Part shown: positions 20,501 to 28,943 of the stretch, in pieces
Layout: every line of letters starts with the position of its first letter
Numbering within the stretch: position 1 is the stretch's first letter
IMG/VR virus record: IMGVR_UViG_3300042397_001782
Location: 1 to 64,000 of that record
Length of the DNA: 64,000 bases
From: a virus
Reading direction: 5' to 3' (one strand)
The notes under the pieces: generated by a model
The model's input: only the letters and a program-made list of their open reading frames with translations
The model's database searches: none
What the model was told of the DNA's origin: nothing
Position numbers and translations under genes: made by a program

Positions 20501-23500
20501 AAAAATTGAAAATAGATTATATCAAAATGGGGCTAACGCTCAGAATCAAGATTGGCTTTCAGAAAAAGATGATAAAGGGAGGTCTACGGGCAACTTAATA
20601 ACTAAGTTAAATTTCTCTAAATACGCCAATTTAGCTGCAAAAAATCTAAAAGATAAATTGCGTAATTTACCTTTTGCTAGTAATGCCCAAATCCAAGGCT
20701 TACAAAAAATAGCATTTAACTCTCCTAAACAAGTATTTGATTCTCTTGGAGAATTATTAAAAGATAATAAAATAACTCAAGAAGAATTTGACCATGCAAA
20801 AAATTATTTAATGGCTGAAAAAGCTTTATATGATTTAGAGCATACAAATCCAAATTATACTTCCACTACACTAAGTAACAATAGTTTAGATGCGTTAAGA
20901 AACTATATTGACAGAAATATAGTAAATGTTAGAGAAGCATTAAATGATCCAAACTTTGATTGGACAAATGATGAAATAGAACTTATTTCTGATGACTTTG
21001 GGGATTTGGAATCTGCTCTGGAAGAGTTAATAGCCGAAAAAAGAGCATTATTAGAAGAAAAATATTTTACTGTAGATGAAGATAAAAGAGTTCTGCTAAA
21101 AGCAGATGGTACTCCTGACTTAGACAAAAATGGTAATGAAAAATTAAACCCTATTTATAAAACTGAACTTGATTTTGTAGAAGGACTTCTAAATAAATAT
21201 AAGTATAAAATAGGGTATGCTACAGATACTGATGGAAATTTTTATCCTGATAAGATAAACATAGATGTATGGGGGGATGAATTTTTGTTTGAATTATCCG
21301 ACTCTCACCCTGATGCTAAAGAATACGCCAACAAAGAGTACTTAGACATAGAAGAGAAGGCTGCAAAAGGAGATGCTCTAGCTGTGGCAAAGATGGACAT
21401 GGTTAACTACATTAAAAAATGGAATAAACAAAATAACCTTCCTTCTAATTTCTTACCTAAAGGATCTAAAAAAGACTCTGAATATTTACAAATGTTCGGT
21501 AACAAAAGATTTATAAATATCTTTGGAGTAAATTTTGATGTAGCTAAAATAATTACTCAAGTAGTAATTCCTTTTGCAGGAGTGGCAAACACTCCTATGT
21601 TATTTGGAATAGCGGCAGGACTAGTCAATCCTTTGACACTAGCAGTATCTTCTACGGTTTTTTCATATTTCTTCTGGAATAGAATATCCAATCAAGCTGT
21701 TAAATTTGCATCAATATATGTAGATACTTATGGAAGAATAAATGATACTAAAGGGTTAAAGAGATTTGCAGTTGCTTTAGCTAAGTCACTAGGGGTATAT
21801 AACAAGGCTTTACAGTTTGAATTAAATAAAGACGATAATATTATTAGTACAGGAGACCCTGAAAAGTCAGAATCTGTGATAAGTAAAAGGGTAGACCTTT
21901 GGCTAAAGAATATGTTTCATAAGATTTTTCGTGCTGTAGATGCAAAACAAGCTAATAAGAAAAACAAAATAGATGTTATTCCTAGAAAATATACAGAATA
22001 TATTGAACCAGCTTTACGTTCCACCCAATACTTAGATAATTTTAAATCTTTCATATACGCCAATAAAGAGTATGAAAATAAATCTATGTATGAAGGAGCT
22101 ATAAGAGCTATGAATGATTTATATAGAAAAAGAGAGGATAAAGAAGGAAATATTATTGGAGACGATTATTTAGAGGCTATTTACATTGATAGATATTGGT
22201 ATAATAAAATATATCCAAATTCTTTTGCAATGAAATTTATTAGAGTGCTGGCAGCTCAAACAGGTTTCAACCAATTGACTGGTAATCTTAATACGGGTGT
22301 AAAGAATATTCTTACAGGTATTAGTATGATTTCAGCCAATGGTGGGTTATTAGCTACTATGCCTGCTATAAAAGATGCTACAATATACTCTCTTAATATG
22401 CTTTTATTAGCAAAAGGGAATAATTCAAGGGTAGCTCTTGAGCAAAATAAAATTCAAATGATTAAAAAACATTTGAGATCAAGTAGTTTTGGTGGCATTG
22501 TTGATTTTGATTATTCTGATTCTTCATTGGTACAAAAATTAAGGCTGAATGACGGAAAAATAGTAAGTGAGTTAGGAGAGTCTTTTATTAGTAGTGTTCT
22601 TGTATATAAATTTTTAAGAGACACAAAACTAATAGATGAGAATGGTAAAAAAATTGACATTATTAAGCATCTAATCATAAAAGATGGAAGGCTTTCTTTT
22701 GATGACAAGGTTGCTAAAAAAATATATTTCAATAATATTAATGAAATACAAAACGCAGAAGACCTACAACTAGATCCTGGATATGTAAAAGATATTAATC
22801 TAAGGGCAATTGTACCTAAAAATCTACAGAAAGAGGCTTTAGTGCCTTTAGAAATAGATTTCTACCTTAATAGAACATTGCTACAAAATATAGATTATTT
22901 TAGACAAAGGTCTCAGGGTGTTTATAATATATTGTTAAAACCTAGAGTATCCACTACTGCCATTGGTACCGCTTTATTTATGTATCAGCACTATGTATTA
23001 CCTGGAGTATATACAGCATTCGGGAGAAAGAAAAATAATCCAAACTTAGAAGGTAGTGAAGAAGGATTTATAATTACACTGGCTAAAGCATTAAAAAGAG
23101 GAGTTATTACAAATAGATTTAAAGATAAACTATCCCCTGATAGTGTCAATAATATTATGAGACTAAATAATATTAAAACAAAAGGATTGTTAGAAGACTT
23201 GGGAGTATTATCAAATGTATTTTTATATTTCTCAAAAAATAAAAATATAGTTACACAATCTTTATTAGAAGCTGCAGAATCACAAGAAAAAGCAATAAAA
23301 TTTGCAGAAGAACAAGATGCAATTGTAGCTCAAGGGGGAGAGAGAAAAGAAGGCCCAGCTTATTATGCAGGATTTAAGGGTAAAACTAAAGAAGAAATCT
23401 TTAAAGAATTATTGATAGAAGCCAATAAGCAACAGAGATTGAATCAATATGAAGCAGATAACTATAAAAAAGTGGCGAGCATTTTAGCTATGTATCTTCT

Positions 23501-24113
23501 TTTAAAGGCTGCATTGAAATTTGTCTACCCGCCTCTAGAGGAGGAAGAAGTTGCTACATACATGGCTTCTGTAACTGAAGTTGTATCAAGTGAACTTTTG
23601 AGAACTTGGGTTCCTTTTTTAGAAGGAAGACTTGGATTTTCTTGGAATTTAAACCCAGTGGGAATAAAAGCCAACGAAGGCTCAATTGGCTTTGATTTAA
23701 GAAAAATCTCCCCTATTGCAGGTACTGTAGATGATTTAGCTAAAAATATGTACTGGTCTGGATCTGTTGGCTTATATAAATTAACAGGGGTAGTGCCATT
23801 TTCACAAGAGTATGGTAAAAAATTAATGGATGTAACAGGGGGAGAAATTCCTTTGATGAAAACAAAATACTACTATGATAAAGAGGGGTATGTTACGAGG
23901 GAAGTTAATGTATTGGATGAAACCGTAAAAGACTTCTTGATAGGAAATAGACTTAGAGACGCTATGCAAAGTAGCGAATTAAGAAGAGATAAATATAATG
24001 AATTAGGTATACCTCAAGGTGAACTAGCAAATATGATTTACAAGTTGAGAAATGGTTACTACAAAGCTTATGGTAGAAACTTAGAAGAAGAAATAAAAGT
24101 TTCTCAAGAATAA
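17583..24113 (+). CDS. Giant putative ejected virion protein with a GNAT-like insert, an inactive MPTase-like domain and hydrophobic segments
   Basis: 2176 aa; EEVAH in place of HExxH; the C-terminal QGVY...GTALFMYQHY...FG...EG region resembles giant proteins of crAss-like phages (from memory); the only Cys is at position 4. Confidence 0.65.
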   Translation: MAKCSLPYVEKRFRESNPQLADKLNDIGLKVFEDISNSTLFDRKEGNFVFNEEGTEERNSQNDFVTKLNTDLGAEVVREVEKKVSVNVLPLVTEEDLRTGSQIASQVNPALRDVESTAKDIESKRIATDAKIKRKDLFDGVGEFSTQLGGSDKAAVPISHKEKNGIEIVEYAHPETGSVDVIVTGKSDNDFVGFYRIYENGKPTNKWSSKFENQSRNKDDFKTMISGIQEMLPAGHEYTEKTSISTDGLRIWNQQLNRGYELQYDENGKLKTNRVFINGDAIVNELGIPVEKGDFEKIKVKTREDFEKVKAKLLPYLEKFGLDESSIKWISGNVEITPQNEKAFASTASVKIDLPVLKKSESLLSKEQLPALEDVEEFKSSEELPDSFLTLSDFEEPAYTPTTPETHPERVAPLAPEPMKSIPQQWEEYTNLKDRTDLTPDEELDLAVYRAKFDMFDSPSQYEKVMSDPTPKAFVSFREKNLEKLLLSFADKFGITIANIEDFQKQYFEKTGKFIPANGVANLFEKVIYVSEGNTDALTEEVAHFIIAMLPKDGELYQNLKQYISRTREYELFYDKYLAQYDGDVDKTEEEIMGKVFKNALQDKEETVPLSVRSVVKRIINYISDLFSDDKMEYLNSLNQLKKMFFSENLAEGLDAANINYDELYQLNFEITGKETDAVLKERSDKFNLGANLLIENLEDTLSNIRQQAIESNQTEALRSSNYLLSILGKKTEQDADKAKILSSMVFSSVATIRRLQGSFNEFDKLNIPKTLETDFNRDNLIKLSYDDYNKSLSKLASYINYLQSLYSLSKSIESTSKLMKLESNDMIAFKKIIYDLDPSITENDEIIKAFDLLDGEGVKVMAAKIESIYLKNVKQILDIYMSALNTEDQKRFLNYQNEVDFANTDAKTIADKNNNIIDYSKGIFSNIKSLFSKGITPVTMQNDTFIQSVDRFVSAMEQMGKERASKEVAEVQKIENRLYQNGANAQNQDWLSEKDDKGRSTGNLITKLNFSKYANLAAKNLKDKLRNLPFASNAQIQGLQKIAFNSPKQVFDSLGELLKDNKITQEEFDHAKNYLMAEKALYDLEHTNPNYTSTTLSNNSLDALRNYIDRNIVNVREALNDPNFDWTNDEIELISDDFGDLESALEELIAEKRALLEEKYFTVDEDKRVLLKADGTPDLDKNGNEKLNPIYKTELDFVEGLLNKYKYKIGYATDTDGNFYPDKINIDVWGDEFLFELSDSHPDAKEYANKEYLDIEEKAAKGDALAVAKMDMVNYIKKWNKQNNLPSNFLPKGSKKDSEYLQMFGNKRFINIFGVNFDVAKIITQVVIPFAGVANTPMLFGIAAGLVNPLTLAVSSTVFSYFFWNRISNQAVKFASIYVDTYGRINDTKGLKRFAVALAKSLGVYNKALQFELNKDDNIISTGDPEKSESVISKRVDLWLKNMFHKIFRAVDAKQANKKNKIDVIPRKYTEYIEPALRSTQYLDNFKSFIYANKEYENKSMYEGAIRAMNDLYRKREDKEGNIIGDDYLEAIYIDRYWYNKIYPNSFAMKFIRVLAAQTGFNQLTGNLNTGVKNILTGISMISANGGLLATMPAIKDATIYSLNMLLLAKGNNSRVALEQNKIQMIKKHLRSSSFGGIVDFDYSDSSLVQKLRLNDGKIVSELGESFISSVLVYKFLRDTKLIDENGKKIDIIKHLIIKDGRLSFDDKVAKKIYFNNINEIQNAEDLQLDPGYVKDINLRAIVPKNLQKEALVPLEIDFYLNRTLLQNIDYFRQRSQGVYNILLKPRVSTTAIGTALFMYQHYVLPGVYTAFGRKKNNPNLEGSEEGFIITLAKALKRGVITNRFKDKLSPDSVNNIMRLNNIKTKGLLEDLGVLSNVFLYFSKNKNIVTQSLLEAAESQEKAIKFAEEQDAIVAQGGERKEGPAYYAGFKGKTKEEIFKELLIEANKQQRLNQYEADNYKKVASILAMYLLLKAALKFVYPPLEEEEVATYMASVTEVVSSELLRTWVPFLEGRLGFSWNLNPVGIKANEGSIGFDLRKISPIAGTVDDLAKNMYWSGSVGLYKLTGVVPFSQEYGKKLMDVTGGEIPLMKTKYYYDKEGYVTREVNVLDETVKDFLIGNRLRDAMQSSELRRDKYNELGIPQGELANMIYKLRNGYYKAYGRNLEEEIKVSQE
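17907..18709 (+). repeat. Imperfect 20 bp direct repeats flanking an in-frame 783 bp module
   Basis: cctgcattaagagatgtaga (17907) and cctgcattggaagatgtaga (18690), 17/20 identical; PALRDVE and PALEDVE. Confidence 0.6.
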
Positions 24114-24116
24114 TAT

Positions 24117-24147
24117 AAAAAGCCTCTCCGTTAAGAGAGGCTTTTTT
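24117..24147. terminator. Bidirectional intrinsic terminator between convergent modules
   Basis: aaaaagcctctc-cgttaa-gagaggcttttt. Confidence 0.9.
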
Positions 24148-24191
24148 ATTTACCATAATTCATCTTCTATTAGAAGATTCGTATAAAAAAA

Positions 24192-24545
24192 TTAATCTTC
24201 TTGGAAGGTTCTATCTCTATATTCATCTCCCTCCGATGAATCATTTAAAGAACTTTCTATATAATTTTCATCATATTTATTCTTTTCTAATTCATCAATA
24301 AAATTCCATACTTCAAAGCAAAATTCATTAAAGTCTTGAATATCAATAAAATCTTTACTCATTTCTACTTCTTCATTAGTATCAATATTATAGCCACTAT
24401 TCCAATATAGGGTAACATCAATTGTTTTTGATAAGTTATTATAATAAGCAAAGGCTTTTACATTTAATTTAGGGTCTAATCCTTTATGTAGATTTATAAT
24501 TGCTTCTGCAGCACCTTCTAATTTAAATTTTAAATAATCTTTCAT
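24192..24545 (-). CDS. Hypothetical acidic protein
   Basis: 117 aa ORF in the - strand gene run. Confidence 0.6.
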   Translation of the reverse strand: MKDYLKFKLEGAAEAIINLHKGLDPKLNVKAFAYYNNLSKTIDVTLYWNSGYNIDTNEEVEMSKDFIDIQDFNEFCFEVWNFIDELEKNKYDENYIESSLNDSSEGDEYRDRTFQED

Positions 24546-24565
24546 TTGTTTAATTTTTTGTTAAG

Positions 24566-24961
24566 TTAATATGAATATTCTCTAAACCCATTTGGGTAAA
24601 ACAATCTCATTACTGTTTTTTCAGCAAATATAATTTGAAGATATAACCCAGTAAATGTTGTATAATTTAACATTTCATGCACATCATACTTATGCCCTGC
24701 GTCAGTATTTGACGTAAATATTGGTTCAACCTGGGTTAAATAAAGGGTCTCTGTTTGGCCATCTGTGTATATTATCATTAATCCATTATCATTCTCATTA
24801 TATGACAACTTTGATACTCTTGAAAAATATATTGGCTTTTCCCCATATTCTTTAAATAAGTATGATTTTGAATAATAATTCCAACCATGGGTTGTTTTAA
24901 CCATTTGAGAATTTAGTTGCATGGCTATAATAATCATGCATAATGTAATTAATTTTTTCAT
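24566..24961 (-). CDS. Hypothetical secreted protein
   Basis: MKKLITLCMIIIAMQLNSQ signal peptide followed by Gln, typical of Bacteroidota. Confidence 0.6.
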   Translation of the reverse strand: MKKLITLCMIIIAMQLNSQMVKTTHGWNYYSKSYLFKEYGEKPIYFSRVSKLSYNENDNGLMIIYTDGQTETLYLTQVEPIFTSNTDAGHKYDVHEMLNYTTFTGLYLQIIFAEKTVMRLFYPNGFREYSY

Positions 24962-24989
24962 GTTTTTTTGTTACTTTTATATTTAATAG

Positions 24990-25190
24990 TTACTTTAAAA
25001 ACTTATTCTTTTCCTGTCTTATCTGCCAATAGAGCTGAGTAAATAAGGTCATTATACGTCTATTAGAGTTTGCTAATTTTTTTGTTTCAGGATGTAAATC
25101 TTGTTCATCTATTACATTATTAACTTTATAAAAATCACTTTCATCAAGTAATTTTATTTGCTCAATTATTTCTTTTATTTTTAAGTCCAT
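24990..25190 (-). CDS. Hypothetical protein
   Basis: 66 aa ORF, tightly packed. Confidence 0.55.
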   Translation of the reverse strand: MDLKIKEIIEQIKLLDESDFYKVNNVIDEQDLHPETKKLANSNRRIMTLFTQLYWQIRQEKNKFLK

Positions 25191-25435
25191 TATTTAGTTT
25201 TTATTAGTTCTTTAATATCTCCAATTGTATAAACTCCCTGCTGAGTGTTATCTAATGCATATACTTTTGTTTCATTAGGCAAAGATTTAGCTAAATCATT
25301 TAGCCACCTACTATTACCTAAACTTCTAAACCATACTTTCTCAAATATATCTGGATTTATGTAGTAGTATATTCCATCTGCATCTCCTAGCTCTATATCA
25401 ATAGGCTCTTTTGGTATTCCGAATGTTGTACTCAT
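25190..25435 (-). CDS. Hypothetical protein
   Basis: 81 aa; stop overlaps the next start. Confidence 0.6.
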   Translation of the reverse strand: MSTTFGIPKEPIDIELGDADGIYYYINPDIFEKVWFRSLGNSRWLNDLAKSLPNETKVYALDNTQQGVYTIGDIKELIKTK

Positions 25436-25439
25436 ATTA

Positions 25440-25610
25440 TTATTTTTCTATGTGATTATAAATTAATTGCATCACCCAAGCATTTTCAAACTCATACATT
25501 CCGCAGGTTTCACGAGCCTCTTCCTCTGTGTCGTAGTGTATTATATGCCCCCAATAATCTTTCATAAATTCCATGTTTCGTAGGTCTATTATTACATATT
25601 GTCCTTTCAT
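25440..25610 (-). CDS. Small hypothetical protein (not in ORF track)
   Basis: MKGQYVIIDLRNMEFMKDYWGH...NHIEK, 56 aa, fills the gap. Confidence 0.6.
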   Translation of the reverse strand: MKGQYVIIDLRNMEFMKDYWGHIIHYDTEEEARETCGMYEFENAWVMQLIYNHIEK

Positions 25611-25612
25611 GA

Positions 25613-25825
25613 TTATTCTGATTTATAAGTTTCGTTGTAGTATTGTTCTGCTGTTTCATTCTTTTTATTTGCACCGTCTATATATCCACAATCGTGAGCA
25701 TCTATAATCTGTTGCTTTTGCATTTCTTTGGCTAGTTCAAATAGCTTATAGTTCTCGCCTTTCAACGTAACTTCATTTTCAGTTATAAGTTGATGAATTA
25801 ACCATTGTACTGCTGTTTGTTTCAT
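25613..25825 (-). CDS. KQTAVxW-family small phage protein
   Basis: MKQTAVQWL...AKEMQKQQIIDA; paralog of the adjacent gene; start moved to MKQT. Confidence 0.65.
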   Translation of the reverse strand: MKQTAVQWLIHQLITENEVTLKGENYKLFELAKEMQKQQIIDAHDCGYIDGANKKNETAEQYYNETYKSE

Positions 25826-25826
25826 A

Positions 25827-26054
25827 TTAGTCTTGTTTGTAATATTCATTTAACATATCACTATTTGTAAAGTGAAAGTACTTCTCTGCATTTTGTTCTG
25901 TATCGTTTTCTAACATCCATTTATGGAATTTTATCATCTGCTCTTTTTCCATTTCTTTGGCTTGTTTTAATGCTTGTAACATATCATTACCAATAAAGTA
26001 TTGCATTCTTTCAAGTTCACTAAAGAACCATTCTACTGCTGTGACTTGTTTCAT
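25827..26054 (-). CDS. KQTAVxW-family small phage protein
   Basis: MKQVTAVEWF...QAKEMEKEQM. Confidence 0.65.
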   Translation of the reverse strand: MKQVTAVEWFFSELERMQYFIGNDMLQALKQAKEMEKEQMIKFHKWMLENDTEQNAEKYFHFTNSDMLNEYYKQD

Positions 26055-26230
26055 TTTTCGATTTCTTTTTTAACTTCTAAATAATATGATGATAAATAGA
26101 TTTTGCAAACATCTAATATTTCAATAACTGTTATCAAAGCACATTGTTTGGCAGTGTATTCGTCAATGTGACCCTGATAACAATTTAACATTTTATCTAC
26201 TAAATCTTTCGCTTTGTCTTTTGGGTCCAT
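26051..26230 (-). CDS. Small hypothetical protein (not in ORF track)
   Basis: MDPKDKAKDLVDKM...AKQCALITV...YYLEVKKEIEK, 59 aa, ATGA overlap with the next gene. Confidence 0.65.
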   Translation of the reverse strand: MDPKDKAKDLVDKMLNCYQGHIDEYTAKQCALITVIEILDVCKIYLSSYYLEVKKEIEK

Positions 26231-26246
26231 TATGATTAATTTTTTG

Positions 26247-26254
26247 CAAAGTTA
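26247..26254 (-). promoter_or_regulatory. Bacteroidota -7 promoter element
   Basis: TAACTTTG(CA) on - strand just upstream of 26230. Confidence 0.6.
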
Positions 26255-26341
26255 GTGTTTATCTCTCTAAATAAATGTTAAAAATTCTAAATAGGTTCGT
26301 TTATTTGTCAATATTTTTAAATTTATAAATATTTTACTGAA

Positions 26342-26422
26342 TTAATAATACTCATCTTTATAGTCATCAAAGCAATCATCAAACTCAGCATAGTTTGTAA
26401 AGAGCTCTTCACCTGGTTCATA
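26342..26422 (-). pseudogene. Possible SET-domain C-terminal remnant
   Basis: Start-less frame YEPGEELFTNYAEFDDCFDDYKDEYY*. Confidence 0.35.
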
Positions 26423-26423
26423 A

Positions 26424-26768
26424 TTAATTAGCTTTAATATACTTACTGTTATTGTTTTCTACTTCACAGCAATATGCTAGTTTAAGATAGTTTATAGCGT
26501 CTTCGTAAGAATCTAATAGAGATTCATTCATAATATTTTTTCCTTCTTTTTTTAGATTCCAAATTCTAACAAACTTTAATACCACCATTAGTGTAGCGTA
26601 ACCTTCTGGGGCTGAAATATCTACACCCATAGTTTTAACAACATTACTCACTATTTTAAAGTTAGAGAGTACGTCTTCTGATGCATAGTCGTTTGCTTTC
26701 AACTTAATTATATTCAAAGTTTTAGCGTCTAATTTTTCTAATAATTCTAATTGTTCTTGTGATGTCAT
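26424..26768 (-). CDS. MazG-like / nucleotide-modification-associated domain protein
   Basis: KANDY...NF...K..R...ESLLDSYEDAINY pattern. Confidence 0.55.
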   Translation of the reverse strand: MTSQEQLELLEKLDAKTLNIIKLKANDYASEDVLSNFKIVSNVVKTMGVDISAPEGYATLMVVLKFVRIWNLKKEGKNIMNESLLDSYEDAINYLKLAYCCEVENNNSKYIKAN

Positions 26769-26778
26769 ATTGTTTAAT

Positions 26779-27195
26779 TTATTTAATTTTTAAATTCATT
26801 ATTGGGTGTATTTCTGTAATACCATGAGTTTTATCAAAAACATAAGGTCCTTCTATTTCAATACTATCACCTTCTTTAGGTATAGTTATTTTATTTTTAT
26901 AAAACCAACAGATTGGAAATACTGATGGCACAGCACATACAATTTCCCCAACCATACATCCATTTTCATCTTTATAGTTGTTTTTTACCAATAATGAGCC
27001 ATCCCCTATCTTTAATCTTATATGTATGTCACCATCAATATCAGACTCGACTTTTTCAACTCTACCTTGTAATGTTTTAGATGATTCTAATACTACCAGT
27101 CTTTTGGGGTGATGCACTCTATTACAAGGACAATCTTCCTTTGAGATTAAACTTAATAATAATAAAACAACTATAGCTAATAATGTTAATTTCAT
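26779..27195 (-). CDS. Secreted OB-fold-like protein
   Basis: Signal peptide; DGDIHIRL...EIVC...G..V.D..HG..EIHP. Confidence 0.5.
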   Translation of the reverse strand: MKLTLLAIVVLLLLSLISKEDCPCNRVHHPKRLVVLESSKTLQGRVEKVESDIDGDIHIRLKIGDGSLLVKNNYKDENGCMVGEIVCAVPSVFPICWFYKNKITIPKEGDSIEIEGPYVFDKTHGITEIHPIMNLKIK

Positions 27196-27217
27196 ATTAC
27201 AATTTCTTAATTTAATG

Positions 27218-27225
27218 CAAAGATA
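27218..27225 (-). promoter_or_regulatory. Bacteroidota -7 promoter element
   Basis: TATCTTTG(CA) on - strand. Confidence 0.65.
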
Positions 27226-27248
27226 TATATATTTTATTTTAAAAGCAT

Positions 27249-27278
27249 AAAAAAAATCCTCACAATGTAGTGAGGATT
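27249..27278 (-). terminator. Intrinsic terminator after nrdA
   Basis: aatcctcac/gtgaggatt stem with a U-tract on the - strand. Confidence 0.8.
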
Positions 27279-27317
27279 ATTTTATATAAAAAGTTTAGCC
27301 TAGGGCTTACTCCCTAA

Positions 27318-28943
27318 TTACCCACTGCAAGAAGCACATTCTAGAATATTTCTTACAAAACTTTGAGCACTACTTTGACTAAACTGATAATACAGAGTTT
27401 TAATACCCTCTTCCCAAGCATATAAATATAGTTGATTAATATCTTTTACTGGTATAGAAGGATGAATAGTTATATTTAGAGATTGAGCCTGGTCTATAAA
27501 CTTCTGTCTTTGAGCTGCTTGTAAAATAATTTCTTTAGGAGATATTTCTAAAAATGTTTTAAAAACTTCTTTTGACGGGAAATTTAAGTGTTGAACTGAT
27601 CCATTGTTTTTGAGAATACTTTCCCAAACCTCAGTAGTGTTAAGTTCATACTTCTCTAACTCTTCAATTAAGAAAGGGTTTTTATATACAGTTTTAATTT
27701 TAGCTAAATCTTTAATGAAATAGTTAGATTTAATTGGTTCTATTCCCATACTTACTTGCCCTAAAATAAAAGAAGAAGATTTTGTAGGAGCAATAGCTAT
27801 CAATGTAGTGTTAGCAAATCCTTCTCTAATAGAGAATACTCCCTTTGTTTTACACAACTCTTGAGAAGCTTTTTCTGTTCTTTCTTTTAATATTTTAAAA
27901 ATACTATGATTATAGAGTTTTGCTTCTAATGATTCAAAATCAATTAGTTTTGATTGCAACAAAGAATGGTAGCCCAATACTCCTACTCCAATAGCTCTAT
28001 GATTTTTGGCAAATCTATAAGCTCTTTTCATACCAGGTAAATTCTCAGATTTTTGAATGAATTCATCTAAAACAGCATTTAAAAAAAGCGTATATATTTC
28101 AATAGCATCTGTATTTACAATCTCATCCCAATGTAAAAGATTAATACTACCTATACAACAAACAAAAGATTCAAATTCATTATTAGGTAATTGTATTTCA
28201 CTACAAAGATTACTATGATTAATTGTTAAACCCAAATCTTTATAAGGAGTGTTATTATTAGTGTTGTCTTTAAACATCAAATAAGGGAATCCAAATTCAG
28301 TTCTTTTTTCAATTACTTTTGCCCAAATCTTTCTCTTAGAGGAATCCCCCTCTTTCATTGAGATTAACCACTCGTCTGTAATAGTAATACCAAATTGTAA
28401 ATTCTGTATCGGATTACCATCACTTCCTATCTCCAAAAATTCATTTATGTCTTCATGCTCAATAGGAAGCCATATTGCACAAGCTCCTCTCCTAGATTCA
28501 CCTTGTTTACATGTGTCTATAACAGTGTCATATATTTTAGCATAGTGAGTAGGACCGTCAGCTAAACCTCCTGTAGAAATTTTAGTACCCCTAGATCTAA
28601 TGTTCCCTAAATAAGCAGAAGTCCCTCCACCATATTTAGACATTAAGCCTATTTCTCTTGCAGCATTTAAAATGCTATCCAAAGAATCATCTACATTTGA
28701 ACCATAGCAACTAATAGGTAATCCTTTATTTTTACCAAAGTTACTCCAAACAGGAGTGGATAAAGAATAAAAACCTCTCTGCATATAGTTTTCAAACTTA
28801 TCAGCAAATCCTTCAATTTTTAAGATTTTCTCTGCTGTGTAAGCAATATGCTTAATACGCTCTTCAGGAGTTTCTGTAATGTACCCTCTACTTAGGAAAG
28901 TTCTGCTTTCCTCATTTAACCAGTAATTTTTAAAATAAGTCAT
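27318..28943 (-). CDS. nrdA: Ribonucleotide reductase class I alpha subunit (short, no ATP cone)
   Basis: PISC, GGG, SNLCSEI, IAPTKSSS, KTLYY, C-terminal CASC. Confidence 0.95.
   Translation of the reverse strand: MTYFKNYWLNEESRTFLSRGYITETPEERIKHIAYTAEKILKIEGFADKFENYMQRGFYSLSTPVWSNFGKNKGLPISCYGSNVDDSLDSILNAAREIGLMSKYGGGTSAYLGNIRSRGTKISTGGLADGPTHYAKIYDTVIDTCKQGESRRGACAIWLPIEHEDINEFLEIGSDGNPIQNLQFGITITDEWLISMKEGDSSKRKIWAKVIEKRTEFGFPYLMFKDNTNNNTPYKDLGLTINHSNLCSEIQLPNNEFESFVCCIGSINLLHWDEIVNTDAIEIYTLFLNAVLDEFIQKSENLPGMKRAYRFAKNHRAIGVGVLGYHSLLQSKLIDFESLEAKLYNHSIFKILKERTEKASQELCKTKGVFSIREGFANTTLIAIAPTKSSSFILGQVSMGIEPIKSNYFIKDLAKIKTVYKNPFLIEELEKYELNTTEVWESILKNNGSVQHLNFPSKEVFKTFLEISPKEIILQAAQRQKFIDQAQSLNITIHPSIPVKDINQLYLYAWEEGIKTLYYQFSQSSAQSFVRNILECASCSG

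Noticed and set aside
2606-24156. Short - strand ORFs inside the giant + strand genes (and + strand ORFs inside - strand genes elsewhere)
   Set aside because: Antisense shadows of long coding frames with no recognisable motifs
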